A stretch of 64,000 nucleotides of DNA from Octopus sinensis (Eukaryota). A program made the position numbers and the translations under genes. The stretch lies in assembly GCF_006345805.1 (NCBI RefSeq), contig NC_043004.1, positions 53,568,001 to 53,632,000 of the forward strand, read 5' to 3'. Position 1 is the first letter of the stretch; every line of letters starts with the position of its first letter. This document shows positions 1 to 14,434 of the stretch, one piece after another. The notes beneath the pieces were generated by a model. It saw only the letters and a list, made by a program, of their open reading frames with translations. It was not told the origin of the DNA and did no database searches.

Positions 1-346
1 GTGTGCGTGTGTGAGTGGGTATGTGTTTGTGTGAGTATGAATGTATGTATGTTTAGCGATTTCTTTTCCCATAATTCCGACAATAAATACATTTCCCTCT
101 TTTCTTCAGAGCAAGCGAGGAGGCAACGGAATAATTGTTGGACGAGTGGAAATGTAAATGCAAGTATGAGAAAATAAATTCATGAAAACTGAAAGAAGAT
201 TGTATATTTGGCAGTTACGTTAGTGTTAAGAATAGTTAATGACGTTTTTTTTCTGTTTCATATACATACATATATTTAGACTTATACATATGCATCTCTA
301 TATGTGTGTGTGAGTGTTTATGTGTGCACGTGCATATTTATAGTTG

Positions 347-413
<67 letters not shown>

Positions 414-434
414 ATATATGTATATATATACAAG

Positions 435-491
<57 letters not shown>

Positions 492-1739
492 CACATGCAC
501 ACACACACACATATATATATACACAATCATATATAAAAACATACATACACACACACGCATATGTTTGCTTCTTTGTAGATGCGCGTGCATTATTTTAAAG
601 GGTTTATTTGGTATTCCAGTTGCATATCGTACTCTTGCATTAAATTTTCTGGGCCTCACATCTTTACCAAACAAAGTTGCGACAATAGAGAAAGCTATTT
701 CTCGATTTTACGTACCTCGTTACTTTTTCATTTAGTTTGCTTTCGGAAACTGGAAATGATTTACATTTTTAGTATATCTACCTACGTTAACTATTTTATA
801 TTCGAAACATATTGTGTTTGCACATTAACAGAGGAAAGTTTAATCAAACAAAAGTCCTCGAGTTTACGCTTATTTTCCTTGTATCTTCAAGGAAAAATTT
901 GATATTTTTCTTGCTCTTCATTTTTGGATTTCTATCTCTGTTGTTCATTGTATGGGGCTGATGCAAATTCATTCGTTAGAAAAAATGCAAGACTTTCAGT
1001 GTATAGACTGAAAGTATTCCTATAACAACATCTGTTAAGCTCATGCTCAGTAGTAGAATCTAACGCAACGCAACATTCAAATGGACAATTTCTTAAATTC
1101 TGACATAAAAAAATGATACTCATGTTTTGCGAATATTTCAGTCCTATGTGTTCAAACAAAACAAAGAAGAAATCAATATCTATTTTCTTTTACGACATTA
1201 TTGAATTATTCCAGATTCTAAAATTTTCGCTCCTCTCAGATTTTGGGAAATCTGTTTTATAACTAGATCAGGAAATATTTTTGCTTGCTGCAGCCAAAGA
1301 ATACCCAGGACAGTTTATATTATTACCTTTACACTGTTTTATGTAGAAAATATAGTTTTGTTTGTTAAGCAATCCATTGTTGTTGGTGTTGTAGTTTGTG
1401 TCAGTGTTGACATGTTGGACATATTATCAAAGTTACTCTCGTCGTAATAATTACACTTCTTCAATACAAACTCAGCGACTAGATTTATATTCTCCTACAT
1501 ATTATTCCTACATTCTTTTCAGACTCTAATCCATCGATTGTAACATATATATGGTCAGTTTACGTTTGAGTATATCTCTGTCTCAGAAAGATTTGGTCCG
1601 TAATTCTTCTCAATGTTGCCTTGTATGTACTCTTTCTTCTTCTTGCTATGTTTGTAATCAGAAGTGGGTGATATCTTTTATCGTATTGTTTAATGCCTTG
1701 TTGTCAAAATTATATAGCCATCTTTTTCTTGCGCCCTTT

Positions 1740-2035
1740 TCAAACCTAGCCAGGCTCATGGGCCCGGTTTTCCGGTTTCTGTGGCGTATGTGATCCCCCC
1801 ACTGGACGGGACGCCAATCCATCACAGCGTTACTCAACAAACAGGAAGGAAGAGTGAGAGAAACTTGGGGCGAAAAAGTACAACAGGGGTTGCCACCCTC
1901 ACCTCACTGCTAGAGCCTCGTGGAGCTTTAGGTGTATTCGCTCAGTAAACACACACATAACGTCCAGTCAGGGAATCGAAACCGCGATCCTCCGAACGCG
2001 AGTCCACTGCCCTAACCACTGGGCCATTGCAACGC
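1740..2035 (-). mobile_element. tRNA-derived SINE, family C, with a Meta-domain-like 3' module
   Basis: The minus strand has the head TGGCCCAGTGGTTAGGGCAGTGGACTCGCG...GGTTTCGATTCCC (A and B boxes) shared with 34354, 41629, 46010 and 55736. The tail contains CTGGACGGGACGCCAATCCATCACAG on the + strand. Confidence 0.8.
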
Positions 2036-2830
2036 CACATATAAACATCTACAATTCTTAAAATAATACAAATATATTCTTGGTGGATCCTGATATTATA
2101 CAAATGCTGTTGCTTTTTCTGGTTGCTCCTAATATTGTATACGCGTTTTAATTTTTGTTCATCCAAATGTTGTTACACACCAATATTGATTTTATTTGAT
2201 CTAAATATTATTATATACAAACTTTATTTTTTTATATACTGCTACTATTGTTGCTATGAGCAACTGCATTTGCTTAATGCTATTATTGCTACATCAAAAT
2301 AATATTTAAGATTGATCGAAATATTATTACATCCAAGAATTATTTTTCATTCCTATATACGGACGTAAATCTTTATCGAGGCAAGTTGGTTATAGTCGAC
2401 GTTAGCAAATATGAAGCCACAAAATCTCGTAGTAAAAGAAAAAAAATGTATTGATTTGTGGTGAAGTGTGAAGTATCTACCGTTTGGGTGATATTTTTTT
2501 TGTTTAGAGAGGTGGTTATATAGACTGTATATGCTTGTATGGTCATATTTAACATTTTCCTGTACACTTTGACGTGGGAAGACCTTTTGCTGCTGAAATA
2601 GACTCGGAAGAAAATGTTTTTCGTAGCAAATATGCAATAAAGCATTTCATTCGTCTACGAATTATGATATTGGATACTAGAACGCAAAGGTTAGAAAAAG
2701 GAGCCTTTGCAAAACAAAATATATACCACAAAGTAAGAGGTAGTGTAACAATTTGTGGTCTAATTTGCGGAATAAGATCTGAAGTATATGATGTGTTGTA
2801 AAACAGCAAATATATACGTATACATATACA

Positions 2831-3234
2831 TGCGCAGGAGTGGCTGTGTGGTAAGTAGCTTGCTAACCAGCCACATGGTTCCGGGTTCAGTCCCACTGCG
2901 TAGCACCTTGGGCAAGTGTCTTCTACTATAGCCTCGGGCCGACCAAAGCCTTGTGAGCGGATTTGGTAGACGGAAACTGAAAGAAGCCCGTCGTATATAT
3001 GTATATATATATGTATGTGTGTGTGTTTGTGTGTCTGTGTTTGTCCCCCTAGCATTGCTTGACAACCGATGCTGGTGTCTTTATGTCCCCGTCACTTAGC
3101 GGTTCGGCAAAAAGAGTCCGATAGAATGAGTACTGGGCTTACAAAGAATAAGTCCCGGGGTCGAGTTGCTCGACTAAAAGGCGGTGCTCCAGCATGGCCG
3201 CAGTCAAATGACAAACAAATAAAAGAGTAAAGAG
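2831..3234 (+). mobile_element. tRNA-derived SINE, family A
   Basis: GCGCAGGAGTGGCTGTGTGGTAAG head, B box GGTTCAGTCCC, CORE-like CCTTGGGCAAGTGTCTT, internal microsatellite and AAAAGAG tail. Paralogues at 27581, 32792 and 43560. Confidence 0.88.
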
Positions 3235-4312
3235 TATACGTAAAAATAACTGAGCTAATATTACAGCAAATAATTTTTAAACTTATATAAACAATATAAC
3301 ACCTTGTTCGACATTCCTGTATGCCTTACTCTCTTCTGCCATATCCCAACCTGTAATACAATCCAATACTTTGATTCTAACAAGTCCTATACAGACAAAG
3401 AAATGACGCGTTTTCTTCTATTTGGGAGTATCTGAACTACATAAGATAAAAACAATTAAACTACCATTGATTTTGCTTCCATCTCTCATCCACTCCACGC
3501 ACGTAATCGTTCCTCCTTGCTTTGTTTACGTTGTTCTAAAATTAGATATGTCTCTATACGTCTTTTAATTACCACATTCCTGTAATTACCATGTGTTGCT
3601 TTACAACAGGTTACTAATTTACTCTCCTGTGTTCTTTATGTTTTAATTGCGTTTCTGTGTGTATATGTGTGGGCCTCAGCTCATGTATGTACATGTATGT
3701 ATAGACAGAACTATATTCGAAACGCAATACCCTTCACCCTCTCCTAATTCCTTCAGCGTTGTACAAATAGTATTGACTGTGAAAGTCTTTTGAACGTCTG
3801 ATGTTCTTTCTTTTTTTTTGGTGTAGGTGTTGCATTTGTTTTATTTTTCCTACGTACACACAGTGTTTTCTCTCTGCCAAATTCACTTCCAAGGTGTCTG
3901 TCAGCCGATGGGGGTCATACTGAATACCTCACAGGTTGATTTGAACGGGAAGTGAAATTCTAAGCCACGTAGCCTTATTTGCCGACTACACTTCAATACC
4001 TTTATTGCGTGAAAAGTTTCACGTTTTGTTCAACTTTTTACCTGTAAATTCTGAAACTATTAATTCTACATTTTCACCAATTATAACATTGCTATCAGTT
4101 TTGAGAATCACTTAACAAAAAATGTCATATTTCTTAATTAACATTTACATAATTACAAATGCATATTAATTTCATTTACAAAATTTTCTTAAAAAGATTC
4201 ATAAGACTTCTCTTATTTTATGTTATTTTAGAAAAGAAAATTGAAATCCCGGACGAATCATAAGCTCATTATTTCATTTCAAGAAATTAGACAACTTTTA
4301 AGGCAATCTAAA

Positions 4313-4313
<1 letters not shown>

Positions 4314-4363
<50 letters not shown>

Positions 4364-4708
4364 CATTATTATTATTGTTTGTATAATTATCATCATCATC
4401 ATCATCATCGCCATCGTCATTTTATAGTTTTTTTGTGATTTTACCGTTAGTTTTTGTTTATTATCACTGTCGCTTTTGTTGTTTATGCTCATTTAAAATG
4501 AATTTAACTTTAATTATGACGCTGACGTACAAACTAAAATTTCGTGGATATTTTTTTCTTTTTTCATTTTTGTTTTTGCTAAATTATCGAGAAAATTTGG
4601 TCGGATATAATGCGACACCATTATTTAAATTTTCCTACTATCATCATCATCATCATCATCATCATCATCGTCGTCGTCATCATCATCATCATCATCATCG
4701 TCGTCATT

Positions 4709-4748
<40 letters not shown>

Positions 4749-4788
4749 ATATTGTTATTATTATTATTAGTAGTAGTAGTAGTAGTAA

Positions 4789-4827
<39 letters not shown>

Positions 4828-4854
4828 CAGCAACAGCAGCAGCAGCAGCTGCAA

Positions 4855-4902
<48 letters not shown>

Positions 4903-4930
4903 TGGTAGTAGTAGTGGTAGTAGTAGTATA
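4314..4930. repeat. Compound trinucleotide microsatellites (TAT/CAT/TAG/CAG)n
   Basis: Directly visible runs at 4314-4410 and 4638-4930. Confidence 0.95.
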
Positions 4931-5532
4931 ATCATTATGATTGATCTTAGTCCTCGTTGTCTTAGTAAGGCTCTATACGTCTGCTACGTTGATAGTAGTT
5001 CTGTGATCGACGGTCATAAGTTTTTATTGAAATAGCGTTATCATTTGCAATTGTAGTCAGTACAGGGAATTGTTTTTATGTCCGCAGCAATGTTATTAGT
5101 TTGTTTATTTTTAATGTTGTTTCCAAAGTATTTCGAAAAGATAATTTAATTATTTTCCTGTATCATTTTGCCAAAGACGGCTGATAAACATATTGGCAAA
5201 AAAGAGAAAATTACACTAAATCACGCATACATACACATATCCTCCAATGCTAAACATACAAATGGCATATATATATATATGAATATATATAGAGAGATAT
5301 TTATGTGTGTGTATGTATGTATATATGCATACACACACACACACCTATATATATATATATATATATATACACTTATATATCTTACATAGGTAGATATGTA
5401 AGATATATAAGTGTATATGTTTATGAATGCATGTATATATATATATGTATGTATGTATATATATATTATATATATATATATATATAATATATATATATAT
5501 ATAATATATATATATGTATATATATATACATG

Positions 5533-5601
<69 letters not shown>

Positions 5602-6006
5602 ATTCATATATTTGTTTATTTTTGCGATGTATTGTGGTGGATGGATGTGTGCAAGTGCGCGTGTGTCTAAGAGTGTGAAAGAGTGAAGAAAATTTTTTGT
5701 TAAAAATACATTAACAAAATTAATGGCAGAGTGGGTAGTTAGAGCGATTTTAAAGAAAACTGTTTATTTATGTTCTGCAAACCAAATTGTTTTTCGGAAC
5801 ATACCTATATAAAAATAAATATCACTGAGTTTTATAATTTTTTTCTGTGATAATTTTACCCCGCTGAATCAGGTTGCAATCAGGTTGCCATTCAGAATTT
5901 CCCGAATTCCTGAAGATGGGACCTTATTCAGGATATAATCACTAACGTGAATCAGATGAAGTGGTCTAAATGATACTTCATTTATACTCTTATTACCCTG
6001 TAGTAG

Positions 6007-6083
6007 TTACCCCCAAAAGTGATAGCTGAAATGACCGATGAGAAAAATGAGGGAAGCCTGCGTCCTTTCTCAGCTTCACTCTG
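6007..6083 (+). CDS. Candidate small exon (LPPKVIAEMTDEKNEGSLRPFSASL-W), unidentified gene
   Basis: Open frame ending in the strong donor CTG|GTAAGC in phase 2, which is compatible with the candidate exon at 10657. No homology recognised. Confidence 0.25.
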
Positions 6084-8449
6084 GTAAGCAGTGTAGTGAG
6101 AAACAGGCATAGGACATTCCAAACTGGGGAAAACATCAATTTATATGGCAGAAAATTTTAATGGCCGAGAATATATTTCTCATACTTATATAAAACGCTG
6201 CATTCATTTTTCAGTTATACCCAGTTTTGGAGAGGCGAATTACTAGAATTATATATAAAACATCTTACATCTTTTCAGAATAATTTTGAAAATTCTCATT
6301 TAAGTAGCATGCTTCGCGAATATAAATGTGAAAGCTATCTTTACTCCACTTACTTATTTATCTATTTATTTATTTTTTGTAAGTTAACAATAAGAAATAA
6401 TTCAGACTATTCCAAAGGGTCTTATAAACGAGATTCATTTTAGTTACAAATATGCAAGATGGACATGAAAGCTCAAGGCGCCCTATTGAATAAGCTTTGC
6501 ACATTTAAACAAAAGAAGTAGTTCAAGTCCATTTAACATATCGAAGAAATCGCCCAAACCAATATAAATTCGTGCTGAATAATGTCTGTGCTCAAAGAAA
6601 ACAGCATTATTAAAATCTGCCTTTATCACAAAGTACAAACTAATATTAGACTATGCCAATACCCTTCGTCTAATTCCCTCTATGTAATTGATTATGTCAC
6701 AACCATGAAAATGAGCAGTGATGACGATGTAATTGGAATTGAAGTGTCTTCTGCTTGTCCTAAATACTTATCGAAAAGAAGGCCATAGTCATCTGTACAC
6801 AAGATACCGTTATCATAGATTTTTGAATGAAAGAATACAATCCAGTTGATAATTTACGAATCTATGTTCCCAACCGTATTCACAATAGTTTTCAAAAAGT
6901 AAAACTTATATAATATATATATTCATGAATAATATGTGTATTTTGTTTAATCAATATTATAAACGGGGGTGAAGCTTAATTATGTATGAATTAGTCAAGA
7001 GTATTGTGTGTGATGGTTTTAAACAATAAATGCATTAGAAAAAAAACTGTTACTCAAAACATTAAACATCGATAACATTCGGGAAAAGACTAAAGCTATA
7101 ATATGAAATGTGTTCTAGGAACGCTCAGATTAAATTCTAGACGTATTTGAAATCAGCATTCACAGCCCATTCAGAAATTACTAATCTGAATCTCCTATAA
7201 AATTAAAAGGCTTCGTTTGTTTTCAAATGGAATTGTCAGGCAGTGAAGAGACACGAAATGCCTTGGAAATGCATACTCCGGTAAGTGTGAAATATAAAAG
7301 TTAAAACTTAAAGAGAGGGTGTCTCTATTTCTGTACAGATTTGTACATTTAAATATGAGATAACTGGAAGCTAAAAAAAATGTCTCAGACACTACTACGA
7401 AGAAATCAAAGCCATATTTAAGATAAAGAGTGGAGCAATTTCATATTTTACCCTATAAAGCTATCATAGTCTGGTGGTTCAAATGATAGCATCAGACCAC
7501 ACTAGGTTGAGTAGCACCAAAAAGGTAGCCTCTGTACTTTTCAATAAAATCTGCTTATGATAGCCGTTGATTATACTTAAAGTTATTTAACAAAAAAAAA
7601 AGGAAGCTTCATACAATCTGTTCGTGGATACATGTTTCGTATATGAGACTTGAATGCCTTTCATCACAAGTCTATTTGAACTGAGCTGAGTTACGTTCAA
7701 GAAAAAGAACAAAAATAACAAAAGGACAACTAACGTAGGAAAAGCCCTTTCGAATGATCCTGAAAATTTTCTACTAATCTGACACTCTGAAATTTCTAGA
7801 AAATATTTCCCATCGGCATTTATTACTATCCTATCGATTCGTAACCATATCCCCTAATTTTTCCTTTTACTCTTTTTCATACTTCGTCGTCGCAGTATTC
7901 CGCTATTTCATTCATCTATTAATTTTTTTCATATTTTGTTATACTTATTTACGTCATAACTTTTATATATTTAATTAACGTAACTTAATGGTATTTCTCG
8001 TTAATTTCTAATACACTAAAATAATGTTGAAGAAATGTAGAATAATAACAATTGTTGCACATTTAGAGACAAAGATGAGGGAAAAGTTTTGGCGACAGTT
8101 TCTGCCCCAGTACTTGACCTGTACGTTATTTTATTGAATGCGGAAGGATGATAGGAAAGATTGACTATAGAGAGATCTGAACTTAAAGCGTTAGGAGCCT
8201 GAATAAATAGTGCAAGGTACCATTCTTCCCGACTCTCATTCAGTTCTACCCATTAGTCATCTAGTACCGTGATTAGTGATATACATTCAAGAACAACAGC
8301 TTTGAAGAGAGGCGTTTTTCTTTATCATCATCCCCAACATTTGACTGATACCTTCTCGACACTAGAGACATGGAAGGCAACATTAACTCGCATAGGATTT
8401 GAGCTCAGAACTGAAAGAGCTGAAAAGACACTGCGAACGAGTATTCTTT

Positions 8450-9058
8450 TCTACTCTAAGCACAAGGCCCGAAATTTAGGGGTTGGGGTGACAGTCGATT
8501 AAATCGACCCCAGTATGCAACTGGTAATTAATTTATCGACCTTGAAAGGATGAAAGACAGAGTTGACCTCGGCGGAATTTGCATTCAGAACGTAAAAACA
8601 TGAAATACCGCTAAGCATTTCGCCCGGCGTGCTAACGTTTCTTATTGCTCTACAACCCACAAGGAGCTACACACAGAGGGGACAAACAAGAACAAACAAA
8701 TGTATTAAGTCGATTATATCGGCCCCAGTGCGTAACTGGTACTTATTTAATCGACCCCGCAAAGATAAAAAGCAAGTCGACCTCGACGGAATTTGAACTC
8801 AGAGCGTAGCGGCAGACGAAATGCCTATTTCTTTACAACCCACAAGGGACTAAACACAGAGAGGACAAACAAGGACAGACAAATGGATTAAGTCGATTAT
8901 ATCGATCACAGTGCGTAACTGGTACTTAATGTATCGACCCCGAAAGGATGAAAGGCTAAGTCGACTTCGGCGGAATTTGAACTGAGAACATAACGGCAGA
9001 CGAAATACGGCTACGCATTTCGCCCGGCCTGCTAACGTTTCGGCCGGCTCGCTGCCTT
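8450..9058 (-). mobile_element. Head-to-tail trimer of SINE family B
   Basis: Three consecutive copies of the GTCGACTTTGCCTTTCATCCTTTCGGGGTCGAT-type core on the minus strand, with units at about 9058-8830, 8830-8640 and 8640-8450. Confidence 0.85.
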
Positions 9059-9342
9059 ACTGCGAACTAGTATTTTGAACGCTGTCACGCCTTATAAAAA
9101 ATAATGTTTTTATTTCATTAAAGTTTCAAGCGGAAAAGTCGGTTGTTTGACAGAAATAATTTATAGCTATTCCGGAGAAAAGTGCTTTCGTTATTTGTAA
9201 CTGAACTGTGATTTCATATCTTGCTGATGTCCACTTTAGTTATCATGATCAGATGATTTATGAATAAAAATTCATGTTTCTATTTAACCAACTATATTAT
9301 ACAACAATATAACAAACAGATACCAAAATTTCATACAGATAA

Positions 9343-9560
9343 GGCGGCGAGCTGGCAGAATCCTTAGTACATCGGGCATAAAGCTCAGCAGCATTTCGAC
9401 CATCTTTACGTTCTGAGTTCAAATTCCGTCGAGGTCGCCTTTGACTGTTATATCTCGGGGTCAATAGAATAAATACCAATCAAACACTGGGGTCCATGTA
9501 ATCGACTTATGTTCTCCCGACATTTGCTGGTTTTCATCGAAAATTTGAAGCCAATATTTC
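9343..9560 (+). mobile_element. SINE family B (alternative tail)
   Basis: GGCGGCGAGCTGGCAGAA head, AGTTCAAATTCC B box, degenerate core. Confidence 0.8.
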
Positions 9561-9584
9561 ATGCAGCCCATCTATACTTGGGCT

Positions 9585-9861
9585 GCATGAAATATTGGCT
9601 TCAAAGTATAGATGGGCTGGACACGTCGCCCGGCTCACCGATAATCGGTGTACGCACGCAGTTGTTGAGTGGTACCCGCGTGAGCGGAAAAGACCACCCG
9701 GAAGACCTCCACGACGGTGGAGTGACGATTTCAAGAGGACGATTGGGATCACGTGGATGAGAAAGGCGCGATCCAGAGAGGAGTGGACAGCGTGCTGTGT
9801 CCAGCGGTGTCAAATGGACGCCTGACGGACTGGTCGGTCAAAGTGAAGTGAAGTGAAAGTG
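9585..9861 (+). mobile_element. RTE-clade LINE, 5'-truncated 3' end
   Basis: Translation SKYRWAGHVARLTDNRCTHAVVEWYPRERKRPPGRPPRRWSDD matches the typical RTE ORF C-terminus and is followed by a (GTGAA)n tail. Confidence 0.9.
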
Positions 9862-10656
9862 ATTTCATGCAGATAATGCGGGACAGATATCTAAATGATT
9901 TAGAATATTAATGTGTTGAAACTGTACATTTTCTGGTTTGAGTTTCATGATATGTCCATTCAGCCTTTAGGTATTAATACAATAATGTATATGTATTCTT
10001 GATTTAACCTATTGTAATTTTCTGTTATAATTATTCAATTATATCTTGTGTAATTACTACAACTATTTATTTATTTTTCAAGGAATATGCAAACCAAAAT
10101 ACTTCTCACAACTCTGCATCTAGAATTTCGGTCTTCATTAGTCTCTGTAGGTATTTAATTTCATATTGTGTGTCTTGGCTACTGACATCAACGTAGCTGA
10201 ATGGTTCTGATAGTCAGAGTGTGAGATTCTCTAGAATATAACGCCTGATATCGTCTGTTGTTCAGCACAACAGAAGCGATCTGCAAAGTATACAATTTGT
10301 GGTGCAAGACGTTTGTTTATCATATAGGCTATATTGTTTTCTTGTTTGTGGTCTCCTGTGAATCTGTATTGCACGGCCTAGTGATTTGATAAAGAACGTA
10401 GTGCTCATTCAGAAAGAATGAAAGGCAAACTCGATGTTGATCATATTAAAGTAAGGGTTTGTTCATGGTCCGAATTTTATTTTAACCAATACTCTCCTAA
10501 ACCCTCACCTGATGTACTGATAATGTACTGATTAACAGCATGTTAAACAGTTGTGACAGGTGGAGAAGCCAAAAGGAGATATAGCTAAATCAGCTGTCTT
10601 ATTTTTGCCACCCTTGGTTTCCATTCTAGTTTGGATATCACTCTCCTCTTTTCCAG

Positions 10657-10718
10657 GGCTGATATTACAAATGCCAATTATGTACTGAGACAGATTCAAG
10701 CAACTATAACTATAAAAG
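10657..10718 (+). CDS. Candidate 62-nt exon (ADITNANYVLRQIQATITIK), unidentified gene
   Basis: Acceptor CTCTCCTCTTTTCCAG|G and donor AAG|GTAATG. Only one frame is open. Confidence 0.35.
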
Positions 10719-10915
10719 GTAATGCATTATATCGATATTACATTTTTGTTGTGGATAGCAGAATCGAAGAAAACGCGAATTAATTGTCACATGGTTTTAA
10801 GAAATCTATGTGTTTTTGTTAGCTGCCAATTATATCGACGTCATGAGCATTGAATATACGTGGTATATTTTGCTATGTTCTTTCCAGTTGTAGATGTATT
10901 TAAATATCTCTTTAG

Positions 10916-10985
10916 GTTTGGAAGCTGGGTTCATATTTCGAAGGTTATGTATGGGCCGTTCTGCAGTCATGCATCAAGAAAAGAG
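10916..10985 (+). CDS. Candidate 70-nt exon (GLEAGFIFRRLCMGRSAVMHQEK); alternative acceptor at 10888
   Basis: Acceptor TATCTCTTTAG|G (or GTTCTTTCCAG at 10887) and donor GAG|GTATTG. Phase is compatible with the preceding candidate exon. Confidence 0.3.
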
Positions 10986-11563
10986 GTATTGATCTAGTAT
11001 TGGGATTAATAAGATCAGCTAGATTGCACTAATATACCATATATGTGAACCAGCATTAATAGCAAAACCCTACATTATTATCCATAGTCTATAGACTAAA
11101 ATAATTATAGTTATTAGAGAAGTCGATACGAAAAACTATTTCAATTCAGTCCTCTTGGGTTAAGTATCAGCTGATTCCGTTTTCAATTCGTTCATAATTG
11201 TTGACACAAATGACAATTCATTTGGTCCTAGATGTTTTATTTCAACTAGAAATTCCCCTCTTCAGACATCCATAGTAAAGAAACAAAGCGAGAATATACT
11301 ATCACTACTTCAGATACAGTACCAATTCAAAAAACCCAAATGGAATTTGAAAATCTTTACAGCATATCTGTTATGACACCCTGTACCTGAGTCTCACGCA
11401 ATAAATAAGTAAGGTGACTCTGTACTTTAAACCAACTTTAGAATACTGAAGATTACACTAAAACAAGCATAGTTATCTGTACGATCGTGGGAAAAGAAGA
11501 TAAATTCAAAAGAAACACTGAGAAAAACTGCAAGAAATAAAGTACAATGAAATCATTTGTGGA

Positions 11564-12811
11564 CAGAGAGGAGTGGACAGCGGTGTCAAATGGACGCCTG
11601 ACGGACTGGTCGGTCAAAGTGAAGTGAAGTGAAAGTGATTTCATGCAGATAATGCGGGACAGATATCTAAATGATTTAGAATATTAATGTGTTGAAACTG
11701 TACATTTTCTGGTTTGAGTTTCATGATATGTCCATTCAGCCTTTAGGTATTAATACAATAATGTATATGTATTCTTGATTTAACCTATTGTAATTTTCTG
11801 TTATAATTATTCAATTATATCTTGTGTAATTACTACAACTATTTATTTATTTTTCAAGGAATATGCAAACCAAAATACTTCTCACAACTCTGCATCTAGA
11901 ATTTCGGTCTTCATTAGTCTCTGTAGGTATTTAATTTCATATTGTGTGTCTTGGCTACTGACATCAACGTAGCTGAATGGTTCTGATAGTCAGAGTTTGA
12001 GATTCTCTAGAATATAACGCCTGATATCGTCTGTTGTTCAGCACAACAGAAGCGACCTGCAAAGTATACAATTTGTGGTGCAAGACGTTTGTTTATCATA
12101 TAGGCTATATTGTTTTCTTGTTTGTGGTCTCCTGTGAATCTGTATTGCACGGCCTAGCGATTTGATAAAGAACGTAGTGCTCATTCAGAAAGAATGAAAG
12201 GCAAACTCGATGTTGATCATATTAAAGTAAGGGTTTGTTCATGGTCCGAATTTTATTTTAACCAATACTCTCCTAAACCCCCACCTGATGTACTGATAAT
12301 GTACTGATTAACAGCATGTTAAACAGTTGTGACAGGTGGAGAAGCCAAAAGGAGATATAGCTAAATCAGCTGTCTTATTTTTGCCACCCTTGGTTTCCAT
12401 TCTAGTTTGGATATCACTCTCCTCTTTTCCAGGGCTGATATTACAAATGCCAATTATGTACTGAGACAGATTCAAGCAACTATAACTATAAAAGGTAATG
12501 CATTATATCGATATTACATTTTTGTTGTGGATAGCAGAATCGAAGAAAACGCGAATTAATTGTCACATGGTTTTAAGAAATCTATGTGTTTTTGTTAGCT
12601 GCCAATTATATCGACGTCATGAGCATTGAATATACGTGGTATATTTTGCTATGTTCTTTCCAGTTGTAGATGTATTTAAATATCTCTTTAGGTTTGGAAG
12701 CTGGGTTCATATTTCGAAGGTTATGTATGGGCCGTTCTGCAGTCATGCATCAAGAAAAGAGGTATTGATCTAGTATTGGGATTAATAAGATCAGCTAGAT
12801 TGCACTAATAT
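11564..12811 (+). repeat. Local segmental duplication, copy 2 (1248 bp), fused to a LINE 5' end
   Basis: Copy of 9774-11035 whose terminal AT is also the AT of ATGGATGAC (MDD) of the LINE. Confidence 0.95.
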
Positions 12812-14434
12812 GGATGACCTAAAACTATACGCTGCAAATGACAAACAGTTGGAAACACTATTAAAGACAGTTCATGGATTTACCAAAGAAATAGATATGA
12901 AATTTGGATTAGAAAAATGCGCCAAAGTAACCATGAAAAGAGGAAAACTAGTTAAGAGTAACAACATCACACTAGATAAAACCAATGAAATAAAAGAATT
13001 AGACCAAAGCCAAACTTACAAATACTTAGGAATCCATGAACTAGATAAGACACAACACACACAAATGAAAGAGAAAATAAAAAAAGAATATTATAGACGA
13101 GTTAGATCAATACTAAAAACAGAGCTCAATGCTAAAAACAAGATAATAGGTATCAACACTTTAGCTGTCCCAGTTATAACTTACAGCTACAATATCCTTA
13201 ACTGGACACGAAATGAACTGTCCAAAATAGATAGGAAAACAAGAAAAATACTGACAGGATCTAGGATGCATCACCCAAAATCTGACATAGAAAGAATATA
13301 TATACAACGTATAGAAGGTGGTAGAGGCCTTATACAGCTGGAAAACTACTATAAAATAACCACCATAGGACTGCAAAAATACCTACTTCAGAAGGAAAGA
13401 AAACTGATCCAGATAGCAGCAAAACACGAGCAAAACAAAAAACTGTTCTCAGTATTTAAGGAAGCTGACAAATACAAACAAGAAATCATACCACCTAATA
13501 AACACAAAGAAGATGAAGAAGATGATGAAGAAACAACAAAAGCTATAAAACAAATGAAATCCAACTAAAATAGAACAGCAACGATCCATGATAAAACGAT
13601 GGCAAGAAAAGCCCCTTCATGGTAAATACTGGACTAAACTAAACGCAAAAAAATAGACAAAGAAAAATCCCAGCAATGGTTGAGAAGCTCAGGACTCAAA
13701 GCAGAAACAGAGGGATTTTTAATTGCAGCACAAGACCAAAGCCTCCCCACCAGAATTACCAAAAACATGTAATGAAACGAAATATTACAAGTAACTGCAG
13801 AATATGTGGAGATGGACAAGAAACAATAAATCATATTATCTCTAGCTGCCCAGTCCTGGCTAAGAAGGAATATATTCACAGACATGATAGAGTTGGAACC
13901 TACATACATTGGAAGCTATGCCAACATTATGGAAAAGGTCACCAGAAAAGGTCACAGAAAACGAGAAAGCAACCATACTCTGGGATATGCCGATACACAC
14001 AGATAGAGAAATTTAGGCGAACAGACCAGATATAGTTGTCAGAGATCATGAAGAAAAAAAATGCTTTCTAATTGATGTATCAATACCGGCAGATGACAAC
14101 GTGTCTCTAAAAGAAATGGAGAAACTCACAAAATACAAAGACCTGGAAATAGAGGTAACTAGAATGTGGAACCTGAGAACAGAAACAATTCCTATCATAG
14201 TAGGTGCATTAGGCATGATAAAAAAATACTCAGACAAATACATAACAAAAACACCAGGACTTACAAACACATATAACATACAGAAAATTGCACTACTAGG
14301 CACTGCACACATCCTACGCAGAACACTTTCCATACAATAACCATCAGAGCATCACAACAAATCACAGCACATACCCAAGGCACACAGAGCTGCGCTCGGT
14401 AGTGAAGTGAAAGCACGCTATAAAAATAAAACTA

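Larger units (their letters stand above)
9774..11035 (+). repeat. Local segmental duplication, copy 1 (1262 bp)
   Basis: Near-identical to 11564-12811. About four substitutions and one 14-bp indel were found by eye. Confidence 0.95.

Noticed and set aside
579-1159. GPCR-like hydrophobic peptides on both strands (LTDVVIG; VATIEKAI)
   Set aside because: Similar-looking motifs appear on opposite strands with stops and no consistent helix order, which is probably over-reading.
10888-10960. VVDVFKYL..GSWV resembling an RTE RT motif
   Set aside because: The flanking residues do not follow RTE and the motif is interrupted. It is kept only as an alternative to the exon interpretation.
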